Virus record (IMG/VR): IMGVR_UViG_2563366908_000002 | From: a virus | Taxonomy: Duplodnaviria; Heunggongvirae; Uroviricota; Caudoviricetes | Length of the DNA: 10,721 bases | Direction: 5' to 3' (one strand) | Shown: piece by piece, positions 8,730 to 10,721 of the stretch | Numbering within the stretch: position 1 is the first letter of the stretch | Layout of the letters: each line of letters begins with the position of its first letter | Program-made: the position numbers and the translations under genes | The notes under the pieces: model-generated | The model's input: only the letters and a program-made list of their open reading frames with translations | Told to the model about the DNA's origin: nothing | Databases searched by the model: none

Positions 8730-8945
8730 TTACTCTCCTCTCGCAGCCTTACGCCTGTCTTCTTTAATCTTGAAATAAAGATTTGTCAGATACGTCAGCA
8801 GGCCAAAAACCAGGCTACCCAGCACACCGATTGCAGCCCACTGTGACGGAGTTACTTTATCGAGTAACTGCAATGCCCAGAAACCAGCATTACCCGCCGA
8901 TGTGCCATAGGCAACACCTGTTGTTAACTTATCCATTGATTTCAT
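8730..8945 (-). CDS. essQ: class II pinholin (phage 21 S21 / EssQ family) with dual-start motif
   Basis: 71 aa: [71 protein letters not shown]. Two transmembrane segments and a Met1-Lys-Ser-Met4 dual start. GAGGAT precedes the ATG at 8945. The track's extension to 9020 is discounted. Confidence 0.88.
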   Translation of the reverse strand: MKSMDKLTTGVAYGTSAGNAGFWALQLLDKVTPSQWAAIGVLGSLVFGLLTYLTNLYFKIKEDRRKAARGE

Positions 8946-9164
8946 ATCCTCACCCCGATGTACACGGATGGTGCAATATGTTTGAAAAGATCGGAGTCTA
9001 CGGGGTAGTTTTGACAGCACACGTTGTTCTCAACGGCGCTAAAAAAACATACACATTAAAAATGTGGGTAATTATTTTGAAAGAAAGTCATATATAAAAT
9101 AATAATACGAGAAATGTTTTCATATTTAGTGTACTGTATACGGCCATTTATACAGGAAAAGCCT

Positions 9165-9335
9165 ATGTCAGAACGTAAAAACTCAAAATCACGCCGTAAT
9201 TATCTCGTTAAATGTTCCTGCCCAAACTGCACCCAAGAGTCAGAACACAGTTTTTCAAGAGTACAAAAAGGTGCCCTTTTGATCTGCCCTCATTGCAACA
9301 AAGTATTCCAGACAAATCTTAAAGCTGTAGCCTGA
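9165..9335 (+). CDS. small basic zinc-ribbon-like protein (56 aa), possibly YnfU-like
   Basis: MSERKNSKSRRNYLVKCSCPNCTQESEHSFSRVQKGALLICPHCNKVFQTNLKAVA with CxCxxC ... CxxC. AGGAAAAG precedes the ATG at 9165 and a terminator follows. Opposite strand to the lysis genes. The YnfU assignment is a memory-based guess. Confidence 0.55.
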   Translation: MSERKNSKSRRNYLVKCSCPNCTQESEHSFSRVQKGALLICPHCNKVFQTNLKAVA

Positions 9336-9401
9336 TTGATTTTATTAGTAACAAGTATTTTTTATATTTTAATAATATATTTAAAGCAGATAAATAAATA
9401 T

Positions 9402-9425
9402 CCTCCGGCATAGCCGGAGGTTTTT
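9402..9425 (+). terminator. Rho-independent terminator downstream of the zinc-ribbon gene
   Basis: cctccggc-ata-gccggagg (8-bp GC-rich stem) followed by TTTTT on the plus strand. Confidence 0.65.
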
Positions 9426-9501
9426 CAAATGCGCCTATAAGGCTCTCTTACCAGCCGCGCCCTAACAGGCGCACACGATCTGACATTTGCATCCAACTTC
9501 G

Positions 9502-9960
9502 TTACTTACGGCCCGTAAACGGGCTGCCCGGATAGGGAATCGATAACTGCTCTCCCATTTTATCCTCTTCAAGCTGGTGCTTTATGTAATCCTGTATCTT
9601 CGCCGTGTTCTTACCCACTGTATCGACGTAGTACCCTCTGCACCAGAACTCCCTGTTCCTGTATTTGAATTTCAAATCACCAAACTGCTCGTAAAGCATC
9701 AGACTGCTTTTCCCTTTCAGATATCCCATAAACCCGGATACGCTCATTTTAGGCGGGATCTCCACAAGCATATGGATATGATCTGCACAGCATTCAGCTT
9801 CCAGAATCCGTACGCTTTTCCACTCACACAGCTTTCTCAAAATACTGCCTATTGCTCTACGCTTCTCTCTGTAGAACACCTGTCTTCGGTATTTTGGCGC
9901 AAAAACTATGTGATATTTACAGTTCCATCGGGTGTGCGCTAAGCTCTTTTCGTTCCCCAT
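9502..9960 (-). CDS. tnpA: IS200 transposase TnpA (Y1 HUH transposase)
   Basis: MGNEKSLAHTRWNCKYHIVFAPKYRR ... HIHMLVEIPPKMSVSGFMGYLKGKSS ... YYVDTVGKNTAKIQDYIKHQLEEDK; near-identical to Salmonella/E. coli IS200 TnpA as recalled. GGGGG precedes the ATG at 9960. The track ORF extends 17 codons further upstream. Confidence 0.95.
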   Translation of the reverse strand: MGNEKSLAHTRWNCKYHIVFAPKYRRQVFYREKRRAIGSILRKLCEWKSVRILEAECCADHIHMLVEIPPKMSVSGFMGYLKGKSSLMLYEQFGDLKFKYRNREFWCRGYYVDTVGKNTAKIQDYIKHQLEEDKMGEQLSIPYPGSPFTGRK

Positions 9961-10070
9961 TGGGACCCCCTTTTGATTTCTTGTTTGACACTTGCAGTTG
10001 CCAGACCGCAAGGTGTTTTAACAAATCAAAAGGGGTTTTAATAACTGGCTCAAAGCTGAAAGCTTTCCGG

Positions 10071-10093
10071 AACCCCCAGCCTAGCTGGGGGTT
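10071..10093. repeat. perfect palindrome in the IS200 left end
   Basis: aacccccagc-cta-gctgggggtt, a 10-bp perfect stem. Candidate subterminal hairpin of the kind IS200/IS605 transposases recognise on single-stranded DNA. Confidence 0.6.
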
Positions 10094-10106
10094 TTCTGTG
10101 CACAAT

Positions 10107-10130
10107 AAAAAACCCGCCTGAGCGGGTTTG
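10107..10130 (-). terminator. IS200 left-end terminator hairpin facing incoming minus-strand transcription
   Basis: Minus strand caaacccgc-tcag-gcgggttt followed by TTTTTT. Matches the known IS200 feature that blocks read-in transcription of tnpA. Confidence 0.7.
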
Positions 10131-10410
10131 AGATTGTGGTGCTTTTTGTGGGAGTCATCCACTTACGCACTTTGTTTTGCCATGCCAGCAGTTAGCTTCT
10201 GCTGTAAAACTATTCATGCAGCAAACCTGCACTTCACCACAATGGTTAGCATACTTTTCCTGATTAAGATTTTGCCAAATATGCTAGCCATTGTTTCATG
10301 TATTGGACCTCCTTACTTTTTATTAAAGAGATCCAATATTCACTACTCTGTCCGTATCTCTACTCAGGCATCAGCCTTCTTCGTTATCGTATACAGACGA
10401 GCGATGAATT

Positions 10411-10626
10411 TTAATCAGTAATGATGACATTTGCTGCTGCAGGACCTTTAGCACCACTCTCTATAGAGAAGGTAACCTTTTGACCTTCAAATAAGGTTCG
10501 ATAATTATCATTCTGAATCGCAGAAAAATGCACAAACACATCTTTACTACCATCAACAGGAGAAATAAAGCCGAAACCTTTATCAGCGTTAAACCATTTT
10601 ACTAAACCAGTCATTTTATTTGACAT
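10411..10626 (-). CDS. cspB: cold-shock protein CspB (CspA family)
   Basis: 71 aa: [71 protein letters not shown]; matches E. coli CspB as recalled. The 5' leader runs off the window end. Confidence 0.93.
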   Translation of the reverse strand: MSNKMTGLVKWFNADKGFGFISPVDGSKDVFVHFSAIQNDNYRTLFEGQKVTFSIESGAKGPAAANVIITD

Positions 10627-10721
10627 TCGGTGATGCTGCCAACTTACTGATTTAGTGTATGATGGTGTTTTTGAGGTGCTCCAGTGGCTTCTGTTTCTAT
10701 CAGCTGTCCCTCCTGTTCAGC

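Larger units (their letters stand above)
9440..10145 (-). mobile_element. IS200-like insertion sequence (IS200/IS605 family); ends approximate
   Basis: Contains an intact 152-aa IS200 TnpA with the characteristic structured left end (terminator hairpin, perfect palindrome, SD-sequestering stem). Ends are placed from the roughly 0.7 kb IS200 length and these structures, not from an alignment. Confidence 0.8.

Noticed and set aside
8783-9097. Plus-strand ORF 8783..9097 antisense to the holin, and the 25-codon upstream extension of the holin ORF (8946..9020)
   Set aside because: The holin is an exact-length match to 71-aa S21-type pinholins starting at the dual-start motif with its own ribosome-binding site; the extension and the antisense ORF are unsupported.
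9577-10162. ORFs 9577..9942 (+), 9852..10121 (+) and 9917..10162 (-) inside the IS200 element
   Set aside because: IS200 is known to encode a single protein, TnpA; these overlap tnpA or the structured left end and are taken as non-coding.
10128-10421. Plus-strand ORF 10128..10421 (97 aa) between IS200 and cspB
   Set aside because: Starts inside the IS200 left end, spans the cspB 3' region on the opposite strand, hydrophobic low-complexity product, no ribosome-binding site. Possible but unsupported.

Overview
This window looks like the late region of a Qin-like lambdoid prophage from E. coli or a close relative, with all major genes on the minus strand. From high to low coordinates it reads: cspB, an IS200 insertion, a plus-strand zinc-ribbon mini-gene, a phage-21-type lysis cassette (pinholin, YdfR-like protein, SAR-type lysozyme, Rz with embedded Rz1), cspI, a block of small accessory genes (YmcE/YnfN-like, GnsB-like, DUF1398 YdfO-like and two unnamed ORFs), a lambda-like cos site, then the packaging/head-assembly start (small terminase, large terminase, gpW-like, portal). 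All calls rest on reading the sequence and on protein families recalled from memory; no database search was run. I did not find a convincing multi-gene novel system. The least explained parts are the small accessory ORFs beside cos, the zinc-ribbon gene antisense to the late operon, and the IS200 sitting inside the late transcription unit. The ORF track appears to extend ORFs to upstream GTG codons, so several starts were re-assigned to the first ATG with a plausible ribosome-binding site.
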